Shown here one piece after another: positions 1 through 13,279 of a stretch of 64,000 nt of DNA (position 1 is its first letter; every line of letters starts with the position of its first letter). A model generated the notes under the pieces. That model saw nothing but the letters and a program-made list of their open reading frames with translations, searched no databases and was not told where the DNA came from. The stretch comes from Raillietiella orientalis. Taxonomy: Eukaryota. Position numbers and translations under genes: made by a program. Location: positions 3,348,001-3,412,000 of the forward strand of contig JAYWIR010000010.1 of the NCBI GenBank assembly GCA_036172245.1. Reading direction: 5' to 3'.

Positions 1-146
1 ATTCCTTGGTCAGATTTCCTGACGTTCTTGATCTGCAGAACCCAGTCGCCTGACTCTTCGCACAGAATTTGGAAACGTCCATCCTTAGTGTACGCAAGAT
101 TTCCTGACGTCAGAATGTGGAAATCCGATCTTCGTATCCATGATAT
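1..146 (-). CDS. Internal coding exon of a Dpr/zig-8-like Ig-superfamily gene (V-type Ig domain, second half); runs off the window edge
   Basis: Minus strand reads ISWIRRSDFHILTSGNLAYTKDGRFQILCEESGDWVLQIKNVRKSDQG with no stop. This matches the Dpr Ig1 pattern VSWIRxxDxHILT..YTxDxRF....DWxLQIK....DxG. Acceptor ttcattggctcAG at 147-148, phase 0. Confidence 0.9.
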   Translation of the reverse strand, partial: MSWIRRSDFHILTSGNLAYTKDGRFQILCEESGDWVLQIKNVRKSDQG

Positions 147-649
147 CTGAGCCAATGAATCAGTAATCGTGCTGGAACTCAGTGACAAGTCCTTCTGGAC
201 CGCTCTTTGACAAAAAGCGAAACGAAACGCGCTCGACCTCGCAGTGGTGCGCCATCACACCTTATGGATGATGGCACTGTACCGAAACTTGCGCAAGGCA
301 CTTGATGTTTCGGGAACATGCTTTGTGTGGTTCAAGAAATCAAATGTTACTAAAGAACTCTGCACACACCGCGTCTCTGCAAGCAAGGTACGCTCTACAT
401 CTCTGCATACGCGCACATTCACTACAGATGTATATACATGAGCAAACTGCACTGCTGCATGCATGGTATATTACATGCATGGTATATTACACTATTGATT
501 ATCCGCATAGATATGTGAGCCTTAGTTGTAGTCATGATGATAGTAATATTACACAGGTAGCTTGAAGGCGTGCGAGTGAGTACATGTAGACATGTAAGCA
601 AGTAGGCATTTAAGTTTTGCATACATTGTATATATTTCTACAAGAAGAC

Positions 650-1080
650 CTATGCAGTTAACAAAAGAAAATGCGGATGGATTTATGATCTGTGGAATTT
701 CGAAAAGTGAAGAAATGCAGCCTTTCGAGCAAGGGGAGTGAAAATCTACGGCTGCTGGATCTACCGCTGTCATTTCAAAGGCAGTTTCAGATATTGTTTA
801 TTGGAAAAGATCAGATCTACTGTCTTGCATCAAAGCAGCCGCTTTACAATCTCCAAAATCAAAGGAGGGATTCATCTTAGAAAGCTCTCTGTTTTCAAGA
901 GAGCTCTCTGAAGGGGTATCTAGAATGGTCTCTAGCAGCTAACTCTGGAAATGTTCCCACCAGCATGAGGAAAGTCATCCTGGACTAATCATCAGAGATC
1001 AACACAACCAGTCAGGAGAGCTGATACATAGACAGGTATGTGTAGCGTCTGACGATGTCCACGATGATGATGCAAATGAT
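650..1080 (+). mobile_element. Decayed 3' end of an RTE-like LINE (inside the Dpr intron)
   Basis: Frameshifted motifs ESSLFSRELSEG (cf. LxGELxxGxR) and EINTTSQES..DR (cf. IxxxxWExxAxDR). Ends in a (GAT)n-like tail at ~1063-1080. Confidence 0.4.
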
Positions 1081-3118
1081 GGAAAATCCTATCCAACACA
1101 AGAATAGTGACCAGCGGAATCATCTTCATCTGCATCGTTTCCTTTTGGTTGTGGCGGCTACCATTATGGTCGAAGAAGGAAGTAAGGCGTCGTCACAAAG
1201 GAAGGATGCAGCAGCTGCTTGCTAACTTTACGCCATATCGAAACTTTTGCATTTGTGAAATCCTGTATTATGCCGTAAATTTCCTCTTTAGGAGATACGC
1301 TAGAAAATTTGGACTGTGGTGATCGCAAGCTGTAACAACATGCGAAGCCCGAATGATGATTATCCTTCTATGCATAATAAGAGTCTCAGCTGGACTGAGC
1401 TAAGTGTTTTTGTGAGTAGGAACAAAGCTGCTGCCTTCCATTCTTCCTTGATGAGCATAAGGGAACAAAAGTAAGAAGAGAAAGGTGCAAATCCCAACGC
1501 CGTCTACAGCATCTCCGATCTTGGGAGAATGCAGACTTCCCTCCTTACCTCTCAGAATACAGATAGGGAAACCCACTAGTAAACTCTGGACGAGATAAGC
1601 ATTCATTCTCGGTAAAAAATAGTAAGTGGCACCACTGCAGAGAGAATCATAATTCGTGATGCGTTATTCGAATGACTGTTTGCAACCCAATGAACGCTCC
1701 ACATTCTGTGGCAAAACAATAAAGAAATCAAGCATCAACAACCAAAAATCATTCATCAATTTCGCAGAAACCGAGAGTCATCGTAGGACTCTTCACGAGA
1801 GAGGAGGATTGCAGCCTGCTGTTGGCACTTCGATCTCACGGGATTTAAATGTTGTACTTCCGTCTTTTTCCGAGGACTTCTTTAGCATCGCCATCAGATT
1901 ATGAATGGATTACCTACTTCATTGATGATGCTTTCGTTTCCGTATTGCATCATCAGTTTTCTCAGTTGGTTACTATCATAACTGTTATTACTTGCAGCGA
2001 CGTCTGTGCTAATAAAAGAAAATTCTTTAGTGCGGCACTTCAAACATTCAATTCTTCATTTCACTGTCATCACGCTTGCGTTTCCGGGTTTACAAATGGA
2101 ACTCGAAGAAAAACAGGACGACTTGGTAAAAAAAAGTCTTTCCTCGATTCTCTGAAACCGAAATTTTGCTCGTCATCTTCATAAATTTTTCCAGAGTGTC
2201 CCTGCAGGGCGCTTTTATAAGAGGTGCAGCAAGTTTGCATTGAGACCTGCTCAGTAGAGCTTTTCGCGACCTCTCGTCTGAAAGCCACGTCCAAAGAGAC
2301 AGAGGCATTCATCATGGGGAAGATTGATTCTCAAGGACTTCCTTTTCTCCTTTGCGAGCGGAAGATGCCGAATGGTTATCATTCCTTTTCTATCCAGCAA
2401 TTCAGCCGAAGGAGCTCCAGAACTCGAAATCGTTTCTTAAGTTCCGTGTTGCGAGGATTTGGCGGAACAATTTCGAGACATCCCCAAGAACTCGAACACG
2501 AGAAAGAGATCGCTGCAACTCGGAAATTTCTCCTGCTCCTCATGCCAGTACGATGCTGTGATTTCCGGAAATTGCATCCCATCGTCTGGATTATTTAATG
2601 AATGCGTCCTTGTCGCGAGGAGTCGCCTCGCATTTGTATTCAACACCATGAGATGAATTCATCCTTTCTATTTCAGCACTGAGGCCGTTTGTTTTCCAAC
2701 TGTCCGAGAAACACAACGAGAAACTTGGAAACCAGGGAGACTGAGGATGCATCCAGCACAGACACTAAAAGAGAATCCCGGGTGAAAATTAAAACCAGGA
2801 GAACAGCAACTCGTGGATGCGAAAGATTTTTTTTGCGAATAACAAAGTGGGTCTGACCGTTCCCAGCTGCCTTCTCCATAAAACTCTCGAAAATCATGCT
2901 GGTCATGTTTAACCCACGAGGAACTGCACTGAACTGAAAGCTATTTATTTTTAATCAAGCACTGGGATAAAAACAGTGCAGTCAGATGCGTCCTTGCCGT
3001 TGCTTCCAGTATCCTCCTTTCTTCCTAACCAGGTCTTCAGTGTCTAGAGAAAATTAAGACAGACAGACGAAATGGACGAGGAAGGTCAAGGCACAAATCC
3101 AGGAGACTTGAGCTAGAG

Positions 3119-3409
3119 CAGTGACACTCAACCTTTTCTATTCTTGGTACACATACATAAGTTTGCAGCATTACGCAGGCTGTATGTAGTACGTTACATA
3201 TCATAATATAATCATGTAAAAAAAAATAAAGCTCAACATCTAAATGAAACCAAGCGTTCATTTAAGAATTAGTGTAATGTTTGATGTTGAGACTTTTTGA
3301 CCATTTTAGATAAATCATCTACATGCCGTTCTTAATACAATGATATGGGCCGCACATAGAAGCTTGGCGGGCCTCATGCGGCCCGCAGGCCGTATACTGA
3401 GTGTCGCTG
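3119..3409. mobile_element. Non-autonomous hAT (Charlie-like) MITE, 291 bp
   Basis: TIRs CAGTGACACTCA / TGAGTGTCGCTG (11/12 match). Flanking 8-mers AGCTAGAG (3111-3118) and AGTTAGGG (3410-3417) form a degenerate TA-centred TSD (6/8). Charlie-type subterminal motif GCGGCCCGCAGGCCG is present. Confidence 0.8.
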
Positions 3410-4294
3410 AGTTAGGGTGATTACTATAAAACGAAAGAATCCATACAGAGATTTTCTTCTGAGCACGAGAATTTTGAAAGACAAGGCATTTTCGTTCCCT
3501 GAGATAGCTTTGAAGGATCATTTGTTTTCCTCTATAAAAAATAAAGTGAGAAAGATTCTCAAATGTAGAAGTGGTAGAACCTCGGATGGTCACGCAACTC
3601 GAGTTCTACTGTGATTCGCGGGCTATTATCCCTATCTGAAAGTATTATTCAAGGTACTGCATGTCTCTAATAAGAGGCACAAATACTGCTCCTGCTTTAG
3701 ATGACACATCATGGAATAAAATCAACGCAAACCCTATAGTCACAATTTATGGAAGTCCATGATAGTAAGTTACCGACGATGTTGAAATACACCTATTTCG
3801 AGTTTTTGGCCTTATAAGACCACTGTGCTCATTTCTGTTAAGAGAAATAGAGAGAAAGAAAAACCTCGATGTTTCTACAGAATATGAACTACGCTGTAGA
3901 GAGCGTTTGATTGCGAACCACCACATTCCGGAACCCGGAAGTGGCTCGCAATGTGGCATCCACGGAGTACAATCTACAATGATACCGCTCAGGCACTCCA
4001 TTTTTTTCAAGGACACTTGGAAAGTTCGCGCATTCAAAGGGTATTTAGAAAACTCTATCCTCCTTCACATCTTACATTCAAATGATAGGTTTCTTTGAGA
4101 CCGCTGTCCGGAGAAATGGAAGTGTTTTCAAGGTCGCGGCTCGAACTTTCGTGTTTCCCGTTCGGCTACTGTGATTCGAACAGCCCCGCGCCAAAAAGCG
4201 ATCACACTAAATCAGGATTTCTACTTACGACCACCTGGGCAGCAGGAAGAGAGTTTGTCGAAGTGATTTCTGGGCAATGTACAGAGTCACTTAC

Positions 4295-4377
4295 TGGCTT
4301 GTCTCCTGTGCTCAGATCCTGGCAACGCAAAAAGGCACTGTTACCCACTTGAACTGTGAGATTGGTCACCAGGACAC
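4295..4377 (-). CDS. Internal coding exon of the Dpr/zig-8-like gene (Ig1 first half)
   Basis: tgtgtAG|GT+VLVTNLTVQVGNSAFLRCQDLSTGDKP|GTAAGT. 83 nt, phase 1 in and phase 0 out; splices in frame to the 1-146 exon. Matches the NxTVQxGxxAFLxC Dpr pattern including the first Ig cysteine. Confidence 0.85.
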
Positions 4378-6149
4378 CTACACAATACCTTCATGAGTAA
4401 ATGAGATCGATGCAGTTCACGAGAGGAAAAATTTGAGCACATCACACTATCGCTTTTTTTTTTTTTTCTCCCCCCGAACCTGTCCTTATCTATTGAGGGT
4501 TGCGCGAATGCAGATGTAAGTACACAAGGTGTTTACAGATGTACCGCGCGGATGCTAAAATTTCCAATGTTTTCCTTCTACCTTCATCCAAAAATTGAAA
4601 TCGCATTATTTTTTTCGGAAAAAAAGTTCTCGATTAAAAGTTAAGGAAGAATCGAAAAGAGTAATAAGTTGCTCTTCTTGAAGATTTCTACTTGAGCATC
4701 GTAAAACGATGACTTGAAATTCAAAGATGAGTAATTTTTGAAACTGTGTAGCTGAACACCGAGTGTTTCCACTCTGAAAGGGTTTCCAAGCTGCGCAATT
4801 TCTGCGAAAGACGACATTGGACTCAAAGGGAATTTTATCCACATAGAAGGCCCATCGGGTTTTGAAGACGCACGAACAATCGAGAGAGTTTTGAAAAGAA
4901 GAGTGCTACTGAAAGCAAACAGGGATGGAGATGACGCCTTTTAGAGCGAAGGCTACGGATAGGGAAGAAGGCGCGCGATGCGGGAAGCTAAGTCGACTAG
5001 GTTCCAGAAACAGCAGGGGAAAGAAAGGAAGGAGATGAATCTGGGTACTGTGCAAATCAAAATAAAGCGATCTTAGCGAGGCTCAGCCCCAGGCCGGCTG
5101 CTTGAAAGACTCGTGAAGAGAAGGGCCAGGTAAAGATATGGTAGCACTCTTGCGACGCTTCCAGTAGGGAGAAAAATCCTCAGCATCGCTTATTTTGAGG
5201 GAAGAGGCTGCCAACTTGAGATTTTTTGATAATCGAGTCACTATTCGATAGGCAATTTTTCGTGACGTGCTCCTCCGGAGCAAAGCCAGAAAATTCAAGC
5301 GGACTTGAATGGATGGAATGTTGATGCGGATGCGAATGTTGATGGATGCTTGCCTGCTTTCCCAGGTTTTCTCGAGAAGCGGTAAACCCTTTTCCTTGAA
5401 AAGACGGATGTTTCTCTAGAGCTGCTGAAGATTTGGGATATTCTCTTAGTGGAACGAGGAAACGTCTGGGAGAAAGATGCTCAAGCTTCAAAAGTGATCA
5501 CCGCTCTTGTAGTGTCGCTCCTTAAAAGCACTTTCCAAGAGTTACCCACAGTTCCCTCCTCCATGGTTTGCGTGATCAGGGTCAAAGTCACAGCAGGTGC
5601 AGAAATTTAAAAAAAAACAGCAGAGCGCTTGAAGTTTCTCTGGTAAACGGCTCCATTGAGTCCGCGTGGTAGTCTGTGCATTGCCACTCTGCTATGGCAC
5701 CCATTTCTCCAGAATACATTTGCAGACAATTAAGAAGAGGATGCCATCTTGCTTTTCATCTCTTTTCGTCTTGCTTTCGTTACAGAGTCTCCTGATTCTC
5801 TTTGACGAGAAACCTCGGAAAAGATGCCGAAGACGCCACAGATTCCAGAGGATGTGTCTATTTCGATGTGGAGTAAGAAAGTTGCATCGACTCACTGGGG
5901 TTCCAGAATCCCTGCGAGCCGGGATGTTTTGCAAAAGCTGGAAATCTCTCCATACTCCAGCCACTTCTGTTCATTGATTGGGGAGTGGGATTAGATAGAA
6001 TGGAGTGGAACCATTACATGTGCTCACCATCTTGAGAGATGATAGTGTCATCCAGCACCCAGAGCAGCAGACACATCTGCTGAACTCACAGGTCAGGACA
6101 TCCTACAGATCTAGGTAGTGAAGTTAAGTCTCCTGAAGAAACTGGATCA

Positions 6150-6520
6150 AAATCCTGACATTTAGACCTTCCCAAGCCCGTCACTCAAGCAAGCAGACCT
6201 GACCTCAAAGCATAAAACTTCGGTGCAGACCGAATGGTCGAAAGGTTCGAATGGCAAAGGAGAACTCGCCCTCACTTCAACACAATACACATCCACTATC
6301 GAATGACCACTACAGAGCAGCCCATCGCCAAGAATGATGAAGCTGGACTGATGATATTGTCTGCCTTGCATTTCTCTTGCACTGATCCGGAATTTTTTGA
6401 AAGAATTTCGGCACCTGCGTTCCGTAACGAACTTTCCACCCGATATGCCAATGCCCCACAGCAGGTCTAGACTCAACAGTTTCGGGTCAAGGACCTATTT
6501 GAAGCTTCTAGAGTTTTTAA
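6150..6520 (+). mobile_element. Decayed non-LTR reverse transcriptase fragment
   Basis: Collinear frameshifted motifs LDLPKP (DxxKAF), QGELAPHFN-like, WTDDIVCLA (xADD) and AG(L)RLNS. Confidence 0.35.
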
Positions 6521-7299
6521 GTGACCCCTGCGTGTAAGGTGATCAGCCTTCGAGGAACAAAGATGGGATTCCCATGCGGCAGGGGAGAGCGTAGATGTCA
6601 CTAATGTAGCAAGCGGCTTTTGACACTCTTTCAAGCTTCCGATTGGTGTGTGTCTCCTAGGTGGGGATGGTGCAATCTCAGATCACCTCAAAGAGAACTG
6701 CTTTTCCGATCTGAAGTCGAGACTTCCGCTTCGTCTCCTCGCATGCTCAAATCCTCTTTGTTGAAACAAGTTGAAGTCTGTAGAAAGAAGAGTAGGAAAA
6801 GCCTCCATCGGAGGGGAAGGGAGAGGGGCAGGCTCAGATCCCGAACTCTTTCTTTCTGCATGCGGACGTGAATGCCGGGAGGCTTTCTGGCAAGAAGCAT
6901 TTCCCCAAAAAACAATTGATTCACCTCATAGCCGAATGCGAAAGATCTTCCGCACTGGCGCACATTTTTCATATGGGTAATTGAATTCGTCTCCATTTTT
7001 ATGCATCCGCATGATGTATGACCCTATTTTCAAGTAACGGAGCAAGGAGTTCCCTCTTCGTCCCTTTCACCTTCAAGAGACTCCATTCTGGAAATGCATC
7101 ATTTGCAAATGCGGAGCGAAGCCCAATTTCTGTTTTGAAGAACGATGGACCAGACGTCGCTTTTCAGCCCGTGAATCATTCACTGCACCGAATGCTTGGT
7201 ACTTCGGAAGATTTTCCGTTTCTGTCTTCAAGAGCGAGTGAGGCTTTTTACATGGGATCCGATAATGCCGAATATCTTTTTTTCCTTCTCTATCGAGCT

Positions 7300-7870
7300 A
7301 GTTTCAGCCCAATCGCCTTAGCTCGGCTCCAGCAGGGTTTTCAGCCTGACTGTTTGCAAAAAAGGCAAGATCATTCACCCTGATGACCGGACGTATTCAA
7401 GATTAGCTTTCGACAACATCCCGAACCATTTCAGACGTCCTAGAGAAGCTCCACGCCACCAGATTTGGGATTCCAGCATTGATTCTGGAATGCGTCGAGT
7501 GCGGCTTCTGGTTTCATTCAAAATCTCGCTGACTTGACGAGGACCTTGAGTATCGCCGATCAACCGCCAGACTTCACGAAACTTTGGCTGGCCTACTAAA
7601 GATCACCTTAGTCAGCAAAGTTGGAATGATGAGAGGAAGCTAAGCTCCTTCAAGGACAAAGAGGTGTCGGGGATATTTCTGTGAAGGTCATCGATCGGTT
7701 TCAGGAAGTGAATTCCTGAAATCTACCTGCTCCAAACAAGAAGAGATTGGATTCATAGATACGGAGCTTAAAAGGTCTATAAAGTTGCAACAAGAAGAGC
7801 AGACAGGAAAGAGAAGACTGTGTCCAGGTTCATAAGAAATCTTATGAGGATATGGCAAATCAAGACCGCT
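7300..7870 (+). mobile_element. Decayed non-LTR reverse transcriptase fragment
   Basis: QQGF, LAFDNIP, VLEKLHATRFGIPALIL and later FIRNLM(E)YG-like motifs, in order. Confidence 0.4.
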
Positions 7871-9586
7871 CTAAGTCACCGAGAGCTGATTTCTGTTCAG
7901 AACTAATTCTGCACATGTACTAGGAGATTTAAGGTAGCCATGATACCCGCAAGATTTCGGCCCAAATTGCAAGGGCGTGGACTGAGACCTCCACGCGAAT
8001 TCACCGAAACTGATTCCTGGCGAATCTCGAATGGAACTGCTTCTGTAAAGCAGCATCTGTTCTCTTTGAGACTTATCGCCAAGCACGTGGAACTTCAAGT
8101 AGTTGGTAAGAGAATGAAAATGGGGCATGCTGACGTCTTGGAGTCGAATGAAATGAAAAAGTGCTAAAAGAGATGAAAAAATTCCCTGAGTCCTGCAGAA
8201 TACTCCTCTCTTTTAATCACCACAAACAGCAAATCAACGAGGAAACTCTCAACTCATTATGATGATTACAAAATATAAAACACGCCCTTGGTTTTTCTTC
8301 AATCATCGTTTTCTTCCTCTAACACGACGCTGTTTTGTTCACAAGCTCTAGAAAATCAGTAAGACAGATGGATACTCTGGCTGAGCAGTCAAATCCAACT
8401 GATCCAGATACTCAAAGCATCTTGCGTCTTCCAGAAACACTTCTAAATGGACAAAATGTGAGAAGCAGGAACAGCAGTTCTTTGTTCGCATGCAGATTAG
8501 AGAGGATTTATACATAGTTTGGGAAATCAAAGTCCCAAACGCTGCAGGCCGTAGTCCGTAGTCCGACAATTTGTCTACTCTCTTCCAGCTTTGTCGTTCC
8601 TTTCCCACGAAACCACACCAGAGCTCTCTGGCTTTCTGGTGATCAACACAGTTCTCATCTGCATCACGATCTCCTCAATACATACACTGATCCCTTCACC
8701 ATGAAGAGAAAATCAATGAGAATTACACCTCCTTGAAGTTCTTTTTCGCTTCTTCTGCTTTTTGTTGCTGTGCTTTCGTTTGTCTTCAAATCGCAACGAA
8801 TTCTTCACTCTCATTCTACAGAATCCTCGAACAGAGACGATTTCGAGGTATCAGCCTCCATGTTATCCGCAACTCTTTGGCTACTGTCTTTGGCTAAGTC
8901 GACCCTTTTCGAACCTCCAATTGTGGTGTCTTCCCGCTGTGGAAAAAAATTTGTGAATATTTGCGAGGATTGCGCTCTTAAAAATCAATGTCTTTTGGTT
9001 CTCGTTCAACATTCGTGTTCAGCTTCTTTATCTCTATGTTTAACTGCAGTTTTGATAAATGTGAGGCAAAGAAAGTCTGAAGCTCCCAATGATTGATGTG
9101 CTTAGTGACATGAGTGCGTGAAGAACAAAGCAGATGGATTGCCATGTCTGGTAGATCACAGATCAAGTGCCCTTTATGCAGGATACCTTGCTTTTTTTCT
9201 TTCCCTGCCTTCAAAATTCTCTCTGCGTTTTCATTTTCTTAGCAGAATGCTTATTTCCTCCACTTCGAGCAATTATTCTTCAGACAAATCATCATCCAAC
9301 CTGTCTGTCAGAGCTTTCATTCATGCAATCTATTTCCACACTATCACCTTGTCACACGACTTTAGCATCTTCCCTAATCAGTTTACACCTACTCGTTTCC
9401 ATGATGTGATTTCAGTTCAAAAATATTCAGAGTGCTATTCTTCACAAATCGCAAATAATGTTCATCTCGAGAATAGTTTTGCCGTTCATAGTGATCGGTT
9501 AAAGTGCGCTCGAAGCCGATCTTTTTAGCCCTCTTTTTATTTCCTTGCAGCTTGATGTGACCCGAAAAAATCCTTCCTGATCTTAC

Positions 9587-9656
9587 CTAGCCGTGGCTCC
9601 CACGCACTGAACGATGCAAACAGCTGGTGGAAACAGAAGAGAAACCACGGATTCAT
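9587..9656 (-). CDS. Candidate first coding (signal-peptide) exon of the Dpr-like gene
   Basis: ATG..MNPWFLFCFHQLFASFSAWEPRL+G|GTAAGA. 70 nt; the phase-1 donor is compatible with the 4295-4377 exon. In-frame TAA just upstream and a hydrophobic N-terminus. No homology support. Confidence 0.4.
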
Positions 9657-9949
9657 TCCTTACGCAATGATCAATCTTTTGCTCACGAAGGCCTAGCAAC
9701 CTTCATCTTATGCATTGAAAGCGACCCATAGAATTATAGCGTTCGATTTCATTTCAATTTCATGAACGCATACTTTGAATTGGAGTCTCCCCTTCTCTAG
9801 GAGGTTTATCCTATGCCTTCTTGAGGGCAAGAGCATTTCCAATTTCTCAAGGGGTACGGATGCTAGCATTCTTCTGTAATTGAAAGTTTCTTGAGAGTTC
9901 GGTTCTTTGATCCTAACTCTCGAGAAACTAATATAGCAGATCTCTCTCA

Positions 9950-10600
9950 GAGAACCGATTAGGAGATTGGTCACGGGCAGCAACCCAGTTCGGAAGCAGT
10001 CTTTGTGTTCCAGAGTTGTCAACTGACCTAATGTAAGCGATCCCACTTCCCTGCCTTTTCTTGGAGCTGTCCCGCGAAAAAATACCTGCAAGATGCATCC
10101 ACTACACCTTATATGTTTCACTTTTCTGTGAATTGGAAGGGAATCTGATAAGTGAGGTTGTGTAAGAGCCAAGGGCATGCCGATCTGATGATGAAGACTC
10201 ATAGCCGGAAAATCAGTTCGGACCGCTCATCTGCAGAAATTCCTTTCCTTGGGTTTACACACATCATCGGCACCCTTTAAAGTCTCTTAATTTGATCTGC
10301 GACCATTCGGATCTCACATTTCGATTCACATTCTGGCAAAGAATAGTTGCCTGTTGTCATTTGCAATACCTGAACGACTTGATCCCCTCAGTTTTTCCAC
10401 AGAGCAACACTCAGCATCCAGATGCACATTGCTGATGCAACTCTTGCTGCCTGTGCACAAGCAGTTCAAATCTCGTTTTGAATGAAGCTTTGAATAAACT
10501 TCTCCACTCGAAATTCGAAAATGTGAGGAAAGTTTAATTATTAGGTGAGGCGAGACGAACTCTGTGCAATGGGATCATCATCTCTTTTTTCTGCCACCAT
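9950..10600 (-). mobile_element. Decayed NeSL/Utopia-like RLE non-LTR 3' region
   Basis: FSNFEWRSLFKA..RFELL (cf. DWRFIHxARLNLL), degenerate CxxCG knuckle, DERSELIF (RPDL) and VGSL, in order. Confidence 0.45.
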
Positions 10601-12269
10601 ACAGTTGGCTTCTCCAAGCGTATTTCAAGAAGGGTTTCCTGAATTTTAGAATTCCATGCATGATTACACTGTCCTTTTAATTACGAGGTAAGGGTGTTCA
10701 CAATAGGGCGTGAATCTTTCACAGACAGCACTTTGATTTGGTGGTTCATCTCTATAAATCAGAGTTAAGATGGGAATTGTTCCTTGCAGCGAACAAATAC
10801 ATGGTTTTAAGTGAGCTGAAATCTTTCTTCTCTGTTAGCTGTCCCAGAAATGCAGTTTTCCTTACCCCTCTCCCTTTGTCTGGCTTGTCTTAAAAAACTC
10901 ATCTGCATGGCTCATATCAGGTGCGTGCCATTCTTAGTTCTTGAGGAAATTGCTCATTCCATGTTGTAATTAGTGGTAAAATAGAAACATTTTCACATGT
11001 AGAAAGACAACTCTGCAATGCTCCCTATATCTCTACAATGTTTTCTACAGAGTTCTCTTTTACAAGGCACTCAAAGAGCCATTGGAGTGGTTAAGGCTAA
11101 TCTCTGGGAAAGGATTATGTGAGCAAGGAGCGAAAACATGACCTCGAAAGAATGTCCCAGCGAACCGTCAAAGAGAGATGGTGAGTATTTAAGGTGAACT
11201 GCGCAGCAAAGTAACGGCTGACGGACAGAAACCTTCTTCTTTTGATTTTATTTCTGTACAAAGCTGGCGGTATCCGGTAATCTCTTACGAGAAACCTTTC
11301 ACCTATTTGGAACAGATTGACAGTCTTCCTGACTGGTATCAAAGATTATCCCATATGCTGCATGAAAGAAGCAAGTAGCCGCTTAGGCAATATACAGAAG
11401 AATGTTCTCGAAGTGCTAACGGTGCTCATGGATCGGAAGGAATCCCATAGGAACTTTCAGCGTCATCCTTCCTTCTGCTCATGTAGAACTCAAGAAGAAA
11501 TAATCACAAACCAGGAGATCAGACGGTAGTGTGGGCAACTTGTAGAAAGATGGAGACTTACGAATCTCGAACACCGCTCATTTTGCATGTATACATGTAT
11601 ATATATATATATATCCAGCTCCACTGAATGTATGGAGGCGTTTTTTTCTGGAGCTTCACGAAACGACTGTTTCTTCAATGCTTAACTAAAGCGTTAGCGT
11701 TTGCGGCTTCCAAATCCACAACCCGCTTACTCGGCAATCTAAAGATCACGAAGTTGCGTTGTCGGGTGTTTCCAATAAGGAAAAGAGCATTCAGCTGGCT
11801 CCGGGCTGTGCCCACCGTTGTTTCTGGAATCGCCTTCGATACGTTCGTATAGGAAGGAAGATCTTTTGACGGATTTCACTCAAGTGATCGAACGTTCGTA
11901 AAAATGACTGCGACACACGCAGGTCTTCCTGAACTTCAACCAGTTGTGAAGCTCCGGAAAAAACCAACAGTGGGGAAGGAGGAACAGGAACAAGAAAAAA
12001 AAAGAAGAAACGATAGAAACGTGTTTTTTTTTTTTTTTTTTTTCCGGTAAGCAGCAGTCGGCTTTACACTAGATCGAGTACACGAGAAATCATATGGACG
12101 GATGTTACCAAAGTCGTCTGAACACATCATACCTGAAGACTTTGTGTTTTTGTCTGGTAGTACTGATTGGAACATCCCTTGGCCAGATAAAATCGAAACG
12201 ACCATGAAATTTAGTAGACGGAGATCGGAGGATATCATCTGAAAAGAAAGAAAATATGCATTGAATAAC

Positions 12270-12690
12270 AAAATGCCATTCCTGTGGTTCGGAAGGACAA
12301 GGGGGCATGCCCGCTAGCTCTGTGTATGGCGTTCTCTCCACGCCCGCGTACCACTGAATCGAAAGTGCGAAACCGCCCAACCGGCGTTTCTGATCCCCAC
12401 TGCGCTCTTGGATTCTGCTCCTCATTCATGGCGACCTACGCTTTCTACGGAACCACGTAGGCGTCCTGATTTCGTACGATCCCGCGATGCACAGCAGAAG
12501 CGTGTGTTGCATAGAAACAGAAGGCGAACGCGAGGATCATCGAGGAACCCCTCACCTGCCCGGCGAAACCTCTGCGTTCGATATTCCCTCCCTCTCCTCC
12601 TCCTCCTATTTTTCCGCCCCTCTTTCTGGAATCGAATTCGTGCCTGACAGAGGGACCCTGGGATGCCACCACATCCCTGGCGACTACTGA
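12270..12690 (+). mobile_element. Decayed RLE non-LTR C-terminus (zinc knuckle + endonuclease)
   Basis: CHSCGSE..GH...C, RRRPDFV, VCCIE, FVPDRGTLG. Confidence 0.45.
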
Positions 12691-13279
12691 CCATTTTTCC
12701 TAACCAAGTATGGCCTGCTTTTCGTAATTTTCCCATTTTCTAGCAACTCTCATCTTAAACAGCCTTATTCGTGTTGCGTATACAGATGTCGCCTCTCTTC
12801 AGCTTGCCGTTCCGTTTGAAAATTCGTCAGCTCCTCCTCGGACGGGCATTCCATAGGAAAGGAATAGGAAAAGGAAGGAAGAGGTTCTGCAGCTCATCGA
12901 GAACGAAAGAAAAACAAAGGGAGTCGGGACACCTCGATACTCGTTCCGCTCCGCAGGTGAGCGGTTCCGAACGATTTTCTAGGTACATTTTTCAGCAAGA
13001 TTGCCCTGATAAGATGGTCAGGAGGGTCATGATGCTCGCTTGTCCGTCCTCTGAACTATTGAGAATCCCCTTGTGCTCTGGTTGGGTTCCAGACTGGTAG
13101 GAAAGGCGACCTCAGACTCGATTTAGCCGAAAGCTCTCGAAAATCGAAACCAGAATGCCCTCGTTTACCCCTGGCTTACCACCCTAAGCTTTGCCCCCAA
13201 TCGGGCGAAAATCAGCTTTCTATGCCGATTGAGAAATGCATGCAGTTGTCCAGCTAAATATTCGCAACAGGGAGGCATC

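Noticed and set aside
4600..4850. Possible hAT transposase remnant (LGNPF..LQEEQLITLFDSSL, minus strand)
   Set aside because: Only a vague two-motif resemblance; not supportable without a search.
7929..7940. TTAAGGTAGCCA, matching the core of the 28S rDNA R2 target
   Set aside because: Only 12 nt, flanks are not rDNA-like, and no R2 relic is joined to it; treated as chance.
9300..9480. Possible BEL/Pao gag Cys-His cluster on the minus strand
   Set aside because: Several key Cys/His positions are stops or need frameshifts; too degraded to call.
12295..12420. GC-rich stretch resembling a structured ncRNA
   Set aside because: Better explained as the zinc-knuckle coding region of the RLE relic.
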